Shown: piece after piece, positions 37,271 to 46,565 of the stretch
Numbering within the stretch: position 1 is the first letter of the stretch
Layout of the letters: each line of letters opens with the position of its first letter
Assembly: GCA_937127165.1 (NCBI GenBank)
Contig: CAKZLR010000032.1
Span: 1 to 46,565 of the forward strand
DNA length: 46,565 nt
Origin: an uncultured Candidatus Peregrinibacteria bacterium
Lineage (GTDB): Bacteria > Patescibacteriota > JACMRA01
Reading direction: 5' to 3'
The notes under the pieces: model-generated
Databases searched by the model: none
What the model was told of the DNA's origin: nothing
The model's input: the letters and a program-made list of their open reading frames with translations, nothing else
Made by a program: the position numbers and the translations under genes

Positions 37271-37504
37271 TTATCTGAATCTGTACCATTTATCTAGAAG
37301 TCTGTTAGCCGTATCTGGATCTTTACGCATTTGCTCTTCTAAACCAAGAAGTTCTTTTAATAGTTCATCATCACGACGTCCTCCTGGCGAATTTTGAGAA
37401 TCAAGTACCGACTTACGGCCATCAAGATTATGGTTATATTCTTTGAAATCTTCAAAATCAAAGATAGGATGCCTGTCCTGAGAAAACTTTTTTGTTTTTG
37501 TCAA
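37271..37504 (-). CDS. Small hydrophilic hypothetical protein (TTG start in the ORF track)
   Basis: This 77-aa charged ORF is isolated within a roughly 0.9-kb gene-poor spacer and has no recognised motif. Confidence 0.3.
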   Translation of the reverse strand: MTKTKKFSQDRHPIFDFEDFKEYNHNLDGRKSVLDSQNSPGGRRDDELLKELLGLEEQMRKDPDTANRLLDKWYRFR

Positions 37505-37930
37505 GAAAGAAATTCAATTACTGTATACTTTATTATCTAGTTTTCTAGAAACTATAATTACTCCTATCTATGTATATTTTGTAGAGATAACCCCAAAAAC
37601 TTTGTAGTTAAAATTTAAGAAAGATATATTTGAATCAGTATTTATCCACATCTAATTCAGTTCTTCTTTATTTTATTGTAATAATAAATTTATCTACCCT
37701 TCAACGTAAACAATAATAAATACAAACCTAAGGTTTAGTTAATTTGAGAATATCTAAAATAGACTAAATTATTTCGGCTAAAGTACACATATGTTATATA
37801 CGTTCCAAGTAATAATTGAATATCTGCATACATAATACTATTTTGTCAGCTCTGATATTTCAAAAACAAAAAGAAAAGCATAATTTAATCAATACTTTTT
37901 CAAAAAGACCATATTTAATACCTACTTAAT

Positions 37931-38581
37931 TTATAACTGTTTAAAGATAATTTTCTGAACAAAATTTTTACCTGATTTAAAAATCCAACCCTCAAACAAA
38001 AAACTACTATTTGCTAAAATTTGCCAATGAAAGTTGCCTTCAGAGTCGTTTATCAAATAATTGTTTAACTCCCAGTCTGGTAAAATCGATTGTAGTTTTA
38101 GTAAAAACTCTTGGCTTTTGGGAGACATAAAGTCAATTGCAGGCCGAATCTCCAGGTTGAGATCTTGAATACACTTGCAAATTTTGAAGGTTTGTGCTAT
38201 ACATTCGCTGTAATCTTCGCGATTGATTATCTGTTCTTCGTTTTGGTTTATCCAAAAAAAATAGTCCAAGTATTTTAAATATCTGTTCTTTTCGTTTTTA
38301 TTGCCAATATAATTCCATTCAGCTAAACAATCCTTTTTAGCCATCTTTTTAATTTTTTGCCAGAGTTTCGTAGTCACCTCCAGAGAATTTTCAAGAGTAT
38401 CACTTTTTACAAAAACCCTTCCTTGGGTTGTACTTAAGATAAAATACCTTGCACTAAGAAATTCTTTGTATTCTGCAAGTTCTGGAGGTAAGATTTGGAA
38501 ATTAAGCTCTATAAAAAAAAGCCAAATCTGTTGCCAAAAAGCTAAATCAAACGATATTTGCTTATTTTTGTGTGCTGGCAT
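37931..38581 (-). CDS. Hypothetical protein
   Basis: This is a 216-aa ORF with an ATG start and a soluble-looking composition. It has no recognised motif. Confidence 0.6.
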   Translation of the reverse strand: MPAHKNKQISFDLAFWQQIWLFFIELNFQILPPELAEYKEFLSARYFILSTTQGRVFVKSDTLENSLEVTTKLWQKIKKMAKKDCLAEWNYIGNKNEKNRYLKYLDYFFWINQNEEQIINREDYSECIAQTFKICKCIQDLNLEIRPAIDFMSPKSQEFLLKLQSILPDWELNNYLINDSEGNFHWQILANSSFLFEGWIFKSGKNFVQKIIFKQL

Positions 38582-38722
38582 TTTGATTTATTTATTTATA
38601 AATAAACTTTCTTGACACAAATAAAAAAAAACGGTTTTTGTGAAGACTAGGTTTTATCAGTCGTACAATTTCTCGGTAAGTTACCGAATTTTTAATGTTT
38701 TTCAAGTTTATTATAAATTTTT

Positions 38723-39319
38723 ATGCACAGCGACCTAGAATCAGATTTTCTCACAAATCCAACTCGATCTTTTGACCCTAAAAATGTCGTAATTACTTCT
38801 AAAAAGTTTTGTCGTAGACATGTTTTTAGAGCCGGAGCGGTAGTGTGGACAAAGCACCGTGGAAAAGACTTTTATGTAGTGTTTCGTTCTCTCAGCAGAC
38901 CTTACAGAGGAATTCAGATACCTGGCGGAAGAGTAGAAAGAGTGGAAAACGTTGCCCAAACAATTATCCGAGAAATTAAAGAAGAGACTGGTTTAGACAC
39001 TCGTATTGTCTGTCCTCTTGGATATATGTTTTTTGAAAACGATGTTGACGGGTATTCCAACTTGCAAGTCTTTTACATTGTAAGACCAGTTTATCCTTTA
39101 GATGTCAAAAAAGTTTGGCAACACACAGATAAAGACGAAAGTCAGCAAAAAGTTGAATGTTGGTGTGTTCCCGTGGAAGAAAATTGTGAGTTTTTATCTC
39201 ACAACCAACATGAAGTGATACAAATGTTTAGGCAATGGTTGGAAGAACATAAAAAGTCGGATACTAAAAACCAGCAAACACAAATCCTATTTGACAAAAA
39301 GGTTATAAGTAAAAAATAG
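38723..39319 (+). CDS. NUDIX hydrolase
   Basis: The Nudix box is GGRVERVENVAQTIIREIKEETGL (G-X5-E-X7-REUXEEXGU). Confidence 0.8.
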   Translation: MHSDLESDFLTNPTRSFDPKNVVITSKKFCRRHVFRAGAVVWTKHRGKDFYVVFRSLSRPYRGIQIPGGRVERVENVAQTIIREIKEETGLDTRIVCPLGYMFFENDVDGYSNLQVFYIVRPVYPLDVKKVWQHTDKDESQQKVECWCVPVEENCEFLSHNQHEVIQMFRQWLEEHKKSDTKNQQTQILFDKKVISKK

Positions 39320-39360
39320 CTGTCCTTTTAGGTTTTAAACTTAAATCACTAAAAAGTAAA

Positions 39361-39834
39361 ATGCAGTCCTTAATTCTTTTTTCGGATGGTGGCAGTAGAG
39401 GTAATCCTGGTCCAGCTGCTTTTGGGGTTGTACTTTATGCTAGTCGCGAGAAATTGGAATTTTTATCAAAAGAACCTTCTAAAATAACTAGCAGATTGGA
39501 CTTTTTGGAAGATCATAAACAATATTTAGGAAAAGAAGTAACAAATAATGAAGCAGAATGGCACGGGCTAGTAGCAGGGTTACGGATAGCTTCAAAGTAC
39601 TGTTCACAAATTAAACATTTAAGGGTGTATTTAGATAGCGAGTTGGTAGTTAAACAACTGTTAGGTGATTATAAAGTCAAAAAACCTGAACTGAAACCCT
39701 TTTTTGAACAGACTAAAGAACTACGAAATAATTTTGAATATGTTGAATTTATTCATATTCGTAGGGAATTTAACCAATATGCTGATAGTTTGGTAAATGA
39801 ATGTTTAAATAATAAACATGATATTTATATCTAA
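39361..39834 (+). CDS. rnhA: Ribonuclease HI
   Basis: The DEDD context is present: SDGGSRGNPGPAAFG, TNNEAEWHGLVAGL, YLDSELVVKQL and NQYADSLVN. Confidence 0.8.
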   Translation: MQSLILFSDGGSRGNPGPAAFGVVLYASREKLEFLSKEPSKITSRLDFLEDHKQYLGKEVTNNEAEWHGLVAGLRIASKYCSQIKHLRVYLDSELVVKQLLGDYKVKKPELKPFFEQTKELRNNFEYVEFIHIRREFNQYADSLVNECLNNKHDIYI

Positions 39835-39872
39835 TTTGCTATTTAAATTTGCTATTTATCCTAAGTTTTAGA

Positions 39873-40856
39873 TCAATTTTCTAATTGAACAATTTTGTTT
39901 ATCTTATCCATAAGAGACAAGCTTATACTAGAATTATCTAAAATAGGTATGAAAAGTAAACCTTGTGTAACTTTTTTTTGATCTAAGTCAAACAAACATC
40001 TGTAAAAATTTTTTGCAATTTCTGCTATTCTCTCGCCGAGATAAATGGTATTATGGATAGATTTTATCTTTTCAAGATCACTTAAAGAACCTCCAAAAAT
40101 AACCGTTTGACCGTGCTTATATTGTTCAAGCTCAATAAAACTTTTCACCCAAATTATTGGTGTTATTGGAGCATAGTGTTTGTATTTACTGCCAGGAATA
40201 ACCATTTTAGTTTGGGTTGAGCTGTTATCCAGTATTTGAACATGTCTAAATTTAGTTTTTTGCACAGCTTTAGCTAATTCCGGCTTACCAATTATACCTT
40301 GTCTGAAAATTTTTATAGTGTTGTTATCTCTGGCATCTATTATAGTTGATTCCATTCCTATTTGACATTTCCCCCCGTCTAAAATTCCTGCAATTTTATT
40401 GCCCAAGTCTTGTTGTATCATTTCTACATCAGTTCCACTAAATTTGCCTGAAGTATTAGCTGAAGGACCTACTAGGGGTAAGTCAATTTTCCGAAGCAAT
40501 TCTAGAGTTAATGGGTGACTAGGAATGCGAGCCACCATTGTAGGTAGACCGCAAGTAGCCGGCAAAAGGGGAGAATCAGTAGTTATATCAAGCAAAAAAC
40601 TAATAGGTCCAGGACAAAATTTTTTCATCAAAAATTTAGTTAATTCTGGAATTTTAGCATATTTTCTAATCTGTTTTATGTCATAAAAATGACAAATTAA
40701 AGGATTATCTCTAGGGCGATTTTTAATTTTATACACATTTTCCACAGCTAATAGATTGCTAGCTACTGCACCCAACCCATAAACAGTTTCAGTAGGGAAC
40801 ACTACAACCTCGCCCGATCTAAGAAACTCAACTGCTTGATCTATAGTCAATAACAT
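39873..40856 (-). CDS. tsaC: L-threonylcarbamoyladenylate synthase (Sua5/YrdC type with a C-terminal Sua5 domain)
   Basis: VVFPTETVYGLGA, NRPRDNPLICH and GPSANTSG fit the family. The roughly 327-aa length is consistent with a YrdC plus Sua5 domain pair. Confidence 0.85.
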   Translation of the reverse strand: MLLTIDQAVEFLRSGEVVVFPTETVYGLGAVASNLLAVENVYKIKNRPRDNPLICHFYDIKQIRKYAKIPELTKFLMKKFCPGPISFLLDITTDSPLLPATCGLPTMVARIPSHPLTLELLRKIDLPLVGPSANTSGKFSGTDVEMIQQDLGNKIAGILDGGKCQIGMESTIIDARDNNTIKIFRQGIIGKPELAKAVQKTKFRHVQILDNSSTQTKMVIPGSKYKHYAPITPIIWVKSFIELEQYKHGQTVIFGGSLSDLEKIKSIHNTIYLGERIAEIAKNFYRCLFDLDQKKVTQGLLFIPILDNSSISLSLMDKINKIVQLEN

Positions 40857-40898
40857 TTCTAAATTTTTGTATTTTTATATAGATATATAAAACAATGT

Positions 40899-41648
40899 TT
40901 AGTTACTACTCACAATTCCAATTATTCTGCTAAATTTTTCTGGCTTTAAAGAAGCTCCCCCAATCAAAAACCCGTCAATTTCCTCAATTTTCATTAATTC
41001 TACAACAGATTGATCATCTACACTACCTCCGTATAAAATTTTTGTTTTTGAATTTAATCCAAGCATTTTTAGCTCTTGTAAAATAAATTTAGTCACTTCA
41101 ACAATAATACTATTATCAGCCGTTTTGCCGGTACCAATAGCCCAGACTGGTTCATATGCAAGATATATTATTTGGTCGTCTTCTAGTCTTATATCTTGCA
41201 GACCTTGCTGAATTTGCTCGGATAATTCTGTATGGTTAATATCTGTGGTTGTTTTATCTTCTTGATAACCTATACAAAATATAGGGGTTAGTTTAGATTG
41301 TAAACAATGTCTTATTTTTTTATTAACATCTTGATTTGTCAGATGATTGATTTCTCTAGTTTCTGAATGGCCAATAATACTGTATTGACAACCCAAATCA
41401 ACTAGCATAGGCCCACTAATTTCGCTTGTCAAAGATCCAGAATCTTGGGTAGAAATGTCTTGAGAACCTATTTTAATATTTGTTTTTTTAGACATTTCAC
41501 AAACTAACGGAAGATAAACAAAAGGAGGACACACAACAACGTGAACAGACAAAGATTTGCTTGATTTTATAACCTCTTCAAAAAGATTAGTAGCTTGAAA
41601 ACTACTTGTAGGATTCATTTTCCAATTGAAAAAAAGCTTTTTGGGCAT
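40899..41648 (-). CDS. tpiA: Triosephosphate isomerase
   Basis: Family motifs are FFNWKMN, IIGHSETR, AYEPVWAIGTGK and IGGASL. Confidence 0.9.
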   Translation of the reverse strand: MPKKLFFNWKMNPTSSFQATNLFEEVIKSSKSLSVHVVVCPPFVYLPLVCEMSKKTNIKIGSQDISTQDSGSLTSEISGPMLVDLGCQYSIIGHSETREINHLTNQDVNKKIRHCLQSKLTPIFCIGYQEDKTTTDINHTELSEQIQQGLQDIRLEDDQIIYLAYEPVWAIGTGKTADNSIIVEVTKFILQELKMLGLNSKTKILYGGSVDDQSVVELMKIEEIDGFLIGGASLKPEKFSRIIGIVSSN

Positions 41649-41856
41649 GTTTTATTCTATAATTTTATTCTATAAATGATTAAAGCAAATTTATAAACAT
41701 TCAGTTATTTTGTTTTTTGTTTCACTCTTAACAAGGTTTTGATGATAATCACTTTTTAATTATTTAATCTAAATAACTAATTTTATAGATTTTACGAGTT
41801 GTTCAATTTTTAACTGTTAAGTACTCTTATAATTTTATTTATAATTCTATATATTT

Positions 41857-41942
41857 TGGTGCGGTCGAGAGGACTTGAACCTCCACACCATAACTGGTAC
41901 TACCACCTCAAAGTAGCGTGTCTACCATTCCACCACGACCGC
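41857..41942 (-). tRNA. tRNA-Leu (anticodon GAG), class II with long variable arm, CCA encoded
   Basis: On the minus strand the acceptor stem is gcggtcg/cgaccgc, the anticodon arm is ctact-ttGAGgt-ggtag, the T-arm is ggagg-ttcaagt-cctct, and the 3' end is ACCA. Confidence 0.9.
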
Positions 41943-41978
41943 TCAGTCGAAAAAAGCTATTTTACTAACGGAATTTTG

Positions 41979-42449
41979 TCAAGATGATTGGTCCTGAATT
42001 CCTCCTAAAAACTCTAAGACTTCTATAGGGTTTTTTATAGGATTAACATTTTCAAAAACTTTAACAATCTTACCCTCTGGGTTGATAACATAAGTATTTC
42101 TCTTGATGCTTTGATAAGTTTTTCCCATTAATTTTTTTTCACTAAGTGCTCCAAAAGCTTTGGCTACAGATTTGTCTAAATCAGATAAAAGAGGGAAGTT
42201 GAGATTATATTTTTGAGCAAATTTTTTATGTGATTCAGGGTTATCTGCCGATATACCAATAATTTTAGCATTACTATTAGCAAAAGTCCGAATAAGATCT
42301 CTAAAACCACAAGCTTCTTTGGTGCAACCGGGAGTATCATCCTTGGGATAAAAATAAACAATAAGCCAACACCCAGCATAGTCATCTAGTTTATGCAAAG
42401 CATTATCTTGATCTAGCAAATTAAAATTTGGAGATTGAAGCATAAACAT
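41979..42449 (-). CDS. bcp: Peroxiredoxin (Bcp-type thiol peroxidase)
   Basis: YFYPKDDTPGCTKEAC carries the peroxidatic Cys motif. FPLLSD and the roughly 156-aa length also fit. Confidence 0.85.
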   Translation of the reverse strand: MFMLQSPNFNLLDQDNALHKLDDYAGCWLIVYFYPKDDTPGCTKEACGFRDLIRTFANSNAKIIGISADNPESHKKFAQKYNLNFPLLSDLDKSVAKAFGALSEKKLMGKTYQSIKRNTYVINPEGKIVKVFENVNPIKNPIEVLEFLGGIQDQSS

Positions 42450-42525
42450 TAGGTTTAAACCTGGACTGGGACTAGCTTATTTGTCTTAATTTGTCAATTA
42501 ATTTGTCAAATATATTTGAATTGTT

Positions 42526-43929
42526 TTAACCTAGATTAAATTTATAATTTATAGAGTTATGTTTGAGTTTTAATTTGTTATGATCTAGTAAAATTTTAAG
42601 AACTAAGGCAGTGGTTGTAATTAGAGCTATGACATTGTTGATTGTTACGAATTGAAATAAAGATAAACCAGCTAAGCCAATTAACACTGGATTGATTAAA
42701 ACTACTGTTTGAATGATTAAGAAAAAAACCAAAATAAAAATTGTACCATAGTCATTTTGACTAACTAGATATTGAGAAGAAACAAAAATGATATTGTACA
42801 GAGCTACAAAAATTGAAAAGTAGAGTATGGTATAAATCTGAGAAATATATTCTGTACTGTTCATTATAGCTAGCAGAATTGGCCCAAATAGCCAAAACCC
42901 AATACCGATTGCAAGTGCGATCATACTAACCGCAGCAACTGAAGTAAGATAAAGCTTAATATTTCTACCTTTGGCTGAATAAGCTACAAAAGCACCTAAA
43001 AAAGCTATTGATCCGAAGTGAATAATTTGACCAAAAGTGAATAATACTGCAAATAGATCACGATCTTCGTTTTGTAAATTTCTTTCAGCGATGATCGCAG
43101 AAACATTTAAAAAAGCAGATAAGACAAAAAAGACAAAAACTGTTTTAGAAATACTAATAAATTCTGTTGTAAGGTCAAAAACGGTAGTTTTATCTGATGA
43201 TGGATTTTTGCAAACAAAATTTTTATCTTCTTGAAGTTTTTTCTCGCGATCATATCTTCGGATAACCCAAAGACTGTGACTAAGTAAAACTAAGGCAAAA
43301 ATCATATAACCTAACGGTAAAGCATATAGATCTAAGCCAACAAGTAACATTGCAGTGGTAGCTAAAGGTCTGGAAAAAGTAGACAGTAATATCCCGATCG
43401 AAAAATCTTTGATTTTTAGCATACCTAAAAGGTAGCTACTATGTAGCACCGCATAACTTTGTAAAAACAAGTTTGCGACTATAGTTGTAGCTAGTATCCA
43501 ACTATCTGAAGGGCTAGCAAATCGCACAACCCAAATTATGAAAGGTAGAATTGGGATAGAAAACAGAAAAATTTTCAGCAACCCTCTTTTCATAAAATTG
43601 AGGTAGTTTTTAGCAGTTATATCACTATTTTGCGTATGGTGGGCTGAAATTTTTTTGGTAAATTCTGCTTGTAAAGCTACATAAATAACCAAACTAATTG
43701 CAATAGTACTATTAAGAGCAATCCATTTAGGGAAAAAATCTTTATCTGTGATATTTCTAACAATAATTGGGACTGTATAATTTATAGTCGCCACTATTAG
43801 GTTAACTATAAAAACAATTCCCGAGGATTTTAAAAAAGAGTTTGATTGAACTTTAAAGTTCAATTGTTTTAAAAAAATATTTTGTAAAAATTTATCAAAA
43901 ATAACCAATAAAGACATGTAAGTAAGCAC
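42526..43929 (-). CDS. Polytopic membrane protein, possibly a MOP/Wzx-type polysaccharide flippase
   Basis: It has about 12-14 TM helices over 467 aa and no sharp motif. The ORF-track start is a GTG, with an ATG four codons downstream (43917). Confidence 0.5.
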   Translation of the reverse strand: MLTYMSLLVIFDKFLQNIFLKQLNFKVQSNSFLKSSGIVFIVNLIVATINYTVPIIVRNITDKDFFPKWIALNSTIAISLVIYVALQAEFTKKISAHHTQNSDITAKNYLNFMKRGLLKIFLFSIPILPFIIWVVRFASPSDSWILATTIVANLFLQSYAVLHSSYLLGMLKIKDFSIGILLSTFSRPLATTAMLLVGLDLYALPLGYMIFALVLLSHSLWVIRRYDREKKLQEDKNFVCKNPSSDKTTVFDLTTEFISISKTVFVFFVLSAFLNVSAIIAERNLQNEDRDLFAVLFTFGQIIHFGSIAFLGAFVAYSAKGRNIKLYLTSVAAVSMIALAIGIGFWLFGPILLAIMNSTEYISQIYTILYFSIFVALYNIIFVSSQYLVSQNDYGTIFILVFFLIIQTVVLINPVLIGLAGLSLFQFVTINNVIALITTTALVLKILLDHNKLKLKHNSINYKFNLG

Positions 43930-44163
43930 AAAAAACTAGCAAGTGTTAAGAATAACCTGCTTATTGTCAATTAGACTAAAATTTTGAATGGATGATCCGT
44001 TGAAATTTATATTCTTTAAACAACAGTCTAAAAATTATTGATTTTGGTATGAAGCTTTTGTAGGACTCTTGACAAAATCAAATAGATCTTGAATAACGAG
44101 CAATGTTAATTGCTACCTATTTAATTAGGTTTCGATGGTTGTTATTGATTTTGGTAAGTTTTT

Positions 44164-44604
44164 ATGGTTATGGCTAATATGGCTAATAAAAAAACTACGA
44201 AGACCTCAACAAAAGATAAGCCATATTTTTATGGTTGTGGTAGAAGGAAAACTTCTACGGCTAGGGCAAAATATTATATTTCTGATGAACCATTAAAAAT
44301 TACCGTTAATAAACGAGCTTTTGAAACTTATTTTCCAGAGTTATTTAGGAAAAATATAGAGATTTTGGTTGCTAATGTTGGAATTAAAAGTGGTAATATT
44401 GATTTTTTCATTAATGGGGGAGGTTTGTCCTCACAGTCCCAAGCAGCTAGGTTGGCTCTAGCCAAGGCTCTATTAGCTAAAGACGAAGGATATAAACCAA
44501 TTCTAAGATCTTTTGGTTATCTTACGACAGATATTAGAATTGTGGAACCAAAAAAAGCTGGTTTAAGAAAAGCTAGAAAAAGAGAACAGTGGTCGAAACG
44601 TTAG
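44164..44604 (+). CDS. rpsI: 30S ribosomal protein S9
   Basis: YFYGCGRRKTSTARAKYY, GGGLSSQSQAARLALAKAL and the C-terminal RKARKREQWSKR fit S9. Confidence 0.9.
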   Translation: MVMANMANKKTTKTSTKDKPYFYGCGRRKTSTARAKYYISDEPLKITVNKRAFETYFPELFRKNIEILVANVGIKSGNIDFFINGGGLSSQSQAARLALAKALLAKDEGYKPILRSFGYLTTDIRIVEPKKAGLRKARKREQWSKR

Positions 44605-44637
44605 TTTTTATTTTAAAGTTAAAAGTCGTAAAGATTT

Positions 44638-44919
44638 ATGGCTCATAAAAAGGCAGCAGGTGCAGCAAAAAAGAACAAGGATTCAATTTCTAAGAGAAGA
44701 GGTGTCAAGGTGTTTGGTGGTCATAAAGTTTTACCCGGACAGATTCTAGTCAGACAGCTGGGGACCAAGTTTCATCCTGGTTTAAATGTTAAAAGAACTT
44801 CTGACGATTCCTTGATTGCTTTGAAGTCTGGGATTGTTCAATTTTCTAAAAAGAAGGTTATAGCGTTTACTGGCAATATAACCACAAGAAGATTTGTTAA
44901 CGTTATTGAGACAGAGTAG
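44638..44919 (+). CDS. rpmA: 50S ribosomal protein L27
   Basis: The sequence reads MAHKKAAGAAKKNKDSISKRRGVKVFGGHKVLPGQILVRQLGTKFHPGLNV. Confidence 0.9.
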   Translation: MAHKKAAGAAKKNKDSISKRRGVKVFGGHKVLPGQILVRQLGTKFHPGLNVKRTSDDSLIALKSGIVQFSKKKVIAFTGNITTRRFVNVIETE

Positions 44920-45585
44920 TTGTTAAAGTTTTTAATGACCGAAGAATCTCTGAAAAACGATGAAGAGACTAGTTATGCTAGTCTTTCTTCTCGTATCCTG
45001 GCAAAAATTATAGACTTGTTTATAGTTTTCTTACTTACATTAAGTATCGCTATTCCTTTAAATGGAATTGTAGCAGCTGTAAAAGTAAATGATTTTAGAA
45101 TTTACATTAATTATATTTCTCAAAATCCAATTAGCTTAATTCAAGCTAGAGACCAAGCAATTAATAATGATAATTTTTTGTTTTCTTGTAAAAACACTGA
45201 AGATCCAGAAAAGTGCAAAATTGCTCTACAATATGCCAAAAACCAAACAGCAATAGTTATAGGTATTTTAATTTTTGTCTACATTTTATATTTTAGTCTA
45301 TTGACAAATTCAAAAATTGAAACTACCCTCGGGAAGTTTCTACTAAAAATACGGGTTGTTAGTAGTAATCTAGGAAGACCGTCTTTAATTCAAGCAATTA
45401 CCAGGGAAGTTCTCATGATCTTGATATTTGTTGTGACACTTTTTAGTGTTTATTACCCAAGTATTAGAATTGTTGGAGAGGTTTTAGAATTACTGGTTTT
45501 TGCTAGCATCGCTAAGGTAGTCTTTTCAAAAGATAAAACTGCGATTCACGATAATTTAGCATACACTAAAGTAATTAAAAAATAA
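44920..45585 (+). CDS. RDD-family membrane protein
   Basis: SRILAKIIDLFIVFLLT is an RDD-like N-terminal motif, followed by three hydrophobic helices. The first ATG is at 44935; the ORF-track start is a TTG that abuts the rpmA stop. Confidence 0.6.
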   Translation: MLKFLMTEESLKNDEETSYASLSSRILAKIIDLFIVFLLTLSIAIPLNGIVAAVKVNDFRIYINYISQNPISLIQARDQAINNDNFLFSCKNTEDPEKCKIALQYAKNQTAIVIGILIFVYILYFSLLTNSKIETTLGKFLLKIRVVSSNLGRPSLIQAITREVLMILIFVVTLFSVYYPSIRIVGEVLELLVFASIAKVVFSKDKTAIHDNLAYTKVIKK

Positions 45586-45608
45586 TCAAAATAATCAAAA
45601 AATTTCAT

Positions 45609-45794
45609 ATGGCTGTACCTAAAAAAAGACTAACCCACAAAAGAGTTCGAGATAGAAGAAGCCAGGGTCACGGCAAAGTAAGGAAATCTCAACTCGCTGT
45701 TTGTGCCTATTCTGGAGCAAAAGTTAGACCCCATACCGTCTGTCCTATCTCTGGATACTATAAAGGCAAGAAAATAATTTCAAAATTAGCCTAA
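45609..45794 (+). CDS. rpmF: 50S ribosomal protein L32
   Basis: MAVPKKRLTHKRVRDRRSQ at the N-terminus and the 61-aa basic character with Cys residues fit L32. Confidence 0.85.
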   Translation: MAVPKKRLTHKRVRDRRSQGHGKVRKSQLAVCAYSGAKVRPHTVCPISGYYKGKKIISKLA

Positions 45795-46286
45795 ATGTCG
45801 GTTTTGGAAATGTGGACTAAAAATTTTGTTATTTGTTTGTTTAGTGCGGTATATCAAAATATTTTTTTACAAGATTCCAAAGATTTTATAGACATCGAAG
45901 AGAAAGCTCAAATGGGTTTTGATTGGTCTGTAGTTTTGGATACTTTAAATTTATCTCAAGACTTGCCAAACACAGATCTTTTGCAAGATTCACTAACAAA
46001 AATAGTCCAAAATGAATCAAAATTTGAGAACATTCTTCAAAAATACCTCTCAGACTCAAAGAAAACATATAAAATTGTTAAAGCTATTTTATTTACTTTT
46101 CTTCAAGAACTACAAGAAATAAAAAAATCTAAAGAAGAAATACCTACAACACTTTTAGAATATTATCAACCAATAGCTAAAAAATATGTCAGAATTGCTC
46201 AAGATTATATTGGTAGTGAAAATGCATCGTTGGTACATGCAATAACGATCAAAGTAATTCAAGATGATCCTTCAACTCTTCTCTGA
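45795..46286 (+). CDS. Hypothetical protein, possibly NusB-like
   Basis: KIVKAILFTFLQEL and VRIAQDYIGSENASLVHAITIKV loosely follow the NusB C-terminal pattern (r.iLr.a.yEl ... laK.f.g.e.a.kfvN.vL). The match is weak. Confidence 0.35.
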   Translation: MSVLEMWTKNFVICLFSAVYQNIFLQDSKDFIDIEEKAQMGFDWSVVLDTLNLSQDLPNTDLLQDSLTKIVQNESKFENILQKYLSDSKKTYKIVKAILFTFLQELQEIKKSKEEIPTTLLEYYQPIAKKYVRIAQDYIGSENASLVHAITIKVIQDDPSTLL

Positions 46287-46384
46287 AATTACTTTTTATA
46301 TACTAGATTACACCTCTACTATTTAAAGTTCCATGGGATTATCATCTTTCCTCTTTCTTTTAAACAATTTTAAATATTCCAGAA

Positions 46385-46564
46385 CTAAAAACCAAGTTTG
46401 AGTATATTCTGCAAGTTTATCACTTTAAAAAACATCCACAAGCCTACTACTCTTGTTAAAAAGAGTTTAGGGGGCTCAGGAATGAATCTAATGATAAATA
46501 ATCCCCACGAAGTGTTACCAAAGTAACTCAAGGAGCTAGGACTTGGAATCAGGTGGAATTGACC
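46385..46564 (-). CDS. Possible 3' end of a gene whose start lies beyond the right window edge
   Basis: The minus-strand frame is open from the window edge to TAG at 46387-46385 (59 codons: GQFHLIPSPSSLSYFGNTSWGLFIIRF...). It has no motif and is short. Confidence 0.25.
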   Translation of the reverse strand, partial: GQFHLIPSPSSLSYFGNTSWGLFIIRFIPEPPKLFLTRVVGLWMFFKVINLQNILKLGF

Positions 46565-46565
46565 G

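Noticed and set aside
46462-46488. The string agagttt-aggg-ggctcagga-atgaa resembles the 5' end of 16S rRNA (AGAGTTTGATCCTGGCTCAGGATGAAC).
   Set aside because: The following sequence shows none of the conserved 16S helices (no GGCGGC..CCTAA..CATGCAAGTCGA). The region is instead open as a possible minus-strand coding tail.

Overview
This is an AT-rich (roughly one-third G+C by eye), densely coded bacterial chromosomal segment that reads cleanly with the standard genetic code. Recognisable genes are dnaA, efp, topA, rny, murJ, gpmI, tpiA, trxA, bcp, sua5/tsaC, rnhA, recX, sufE, rpsI-rpmA-rpmF, an archaeal-type purP, scattered trpE/trpG/trpC/hisH, and three tRNAs with encoded CCA. There are also many small membrane proteins. 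This content fits a reduced-genome, CPR/Patescibacteria-like organism, which is an inference. I saw no rRNA, CRISPR array, transposase, integrase or obvious defence genes. The most unusual locus is the left 4.3 kb. It holds two paralogous pentapeptide-repeat genes produced by a segmental duplication that also copied the promoter region and a relic of the neighbouring glycosyltransferase 3' end. These genes are full of perfect in-frame tandem repeats. One paralog is split at an A10 tract that sits on an A_AAA_AAA slippery heptamer, so it may be a slippage- or phase-controlled gene. Other points worth a second look:
- an HTH-fused EgtD-like methyltransferase next to trpG
- a candidate oriC just upstream of dnaA (a 120-nt C-free A/T block plus clustered CCACA-core repeats)
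- two ORF-poor stretches that look like decayed genes, one clearly a YgjP/DUF45 metallohydrolase relic
- a 991-aa protein with two membrane anchors and a trypsin-like domain, inside an envelope gene cluster
- a non-canonical S9-L27-RDD-L32 ribosomal protein cluster
- several long non-coding spacers, one with a perfect DnaA box and one with an orphan promoter
All calls come from reading the sequence and translations and recalling family motifs. No database search was run.
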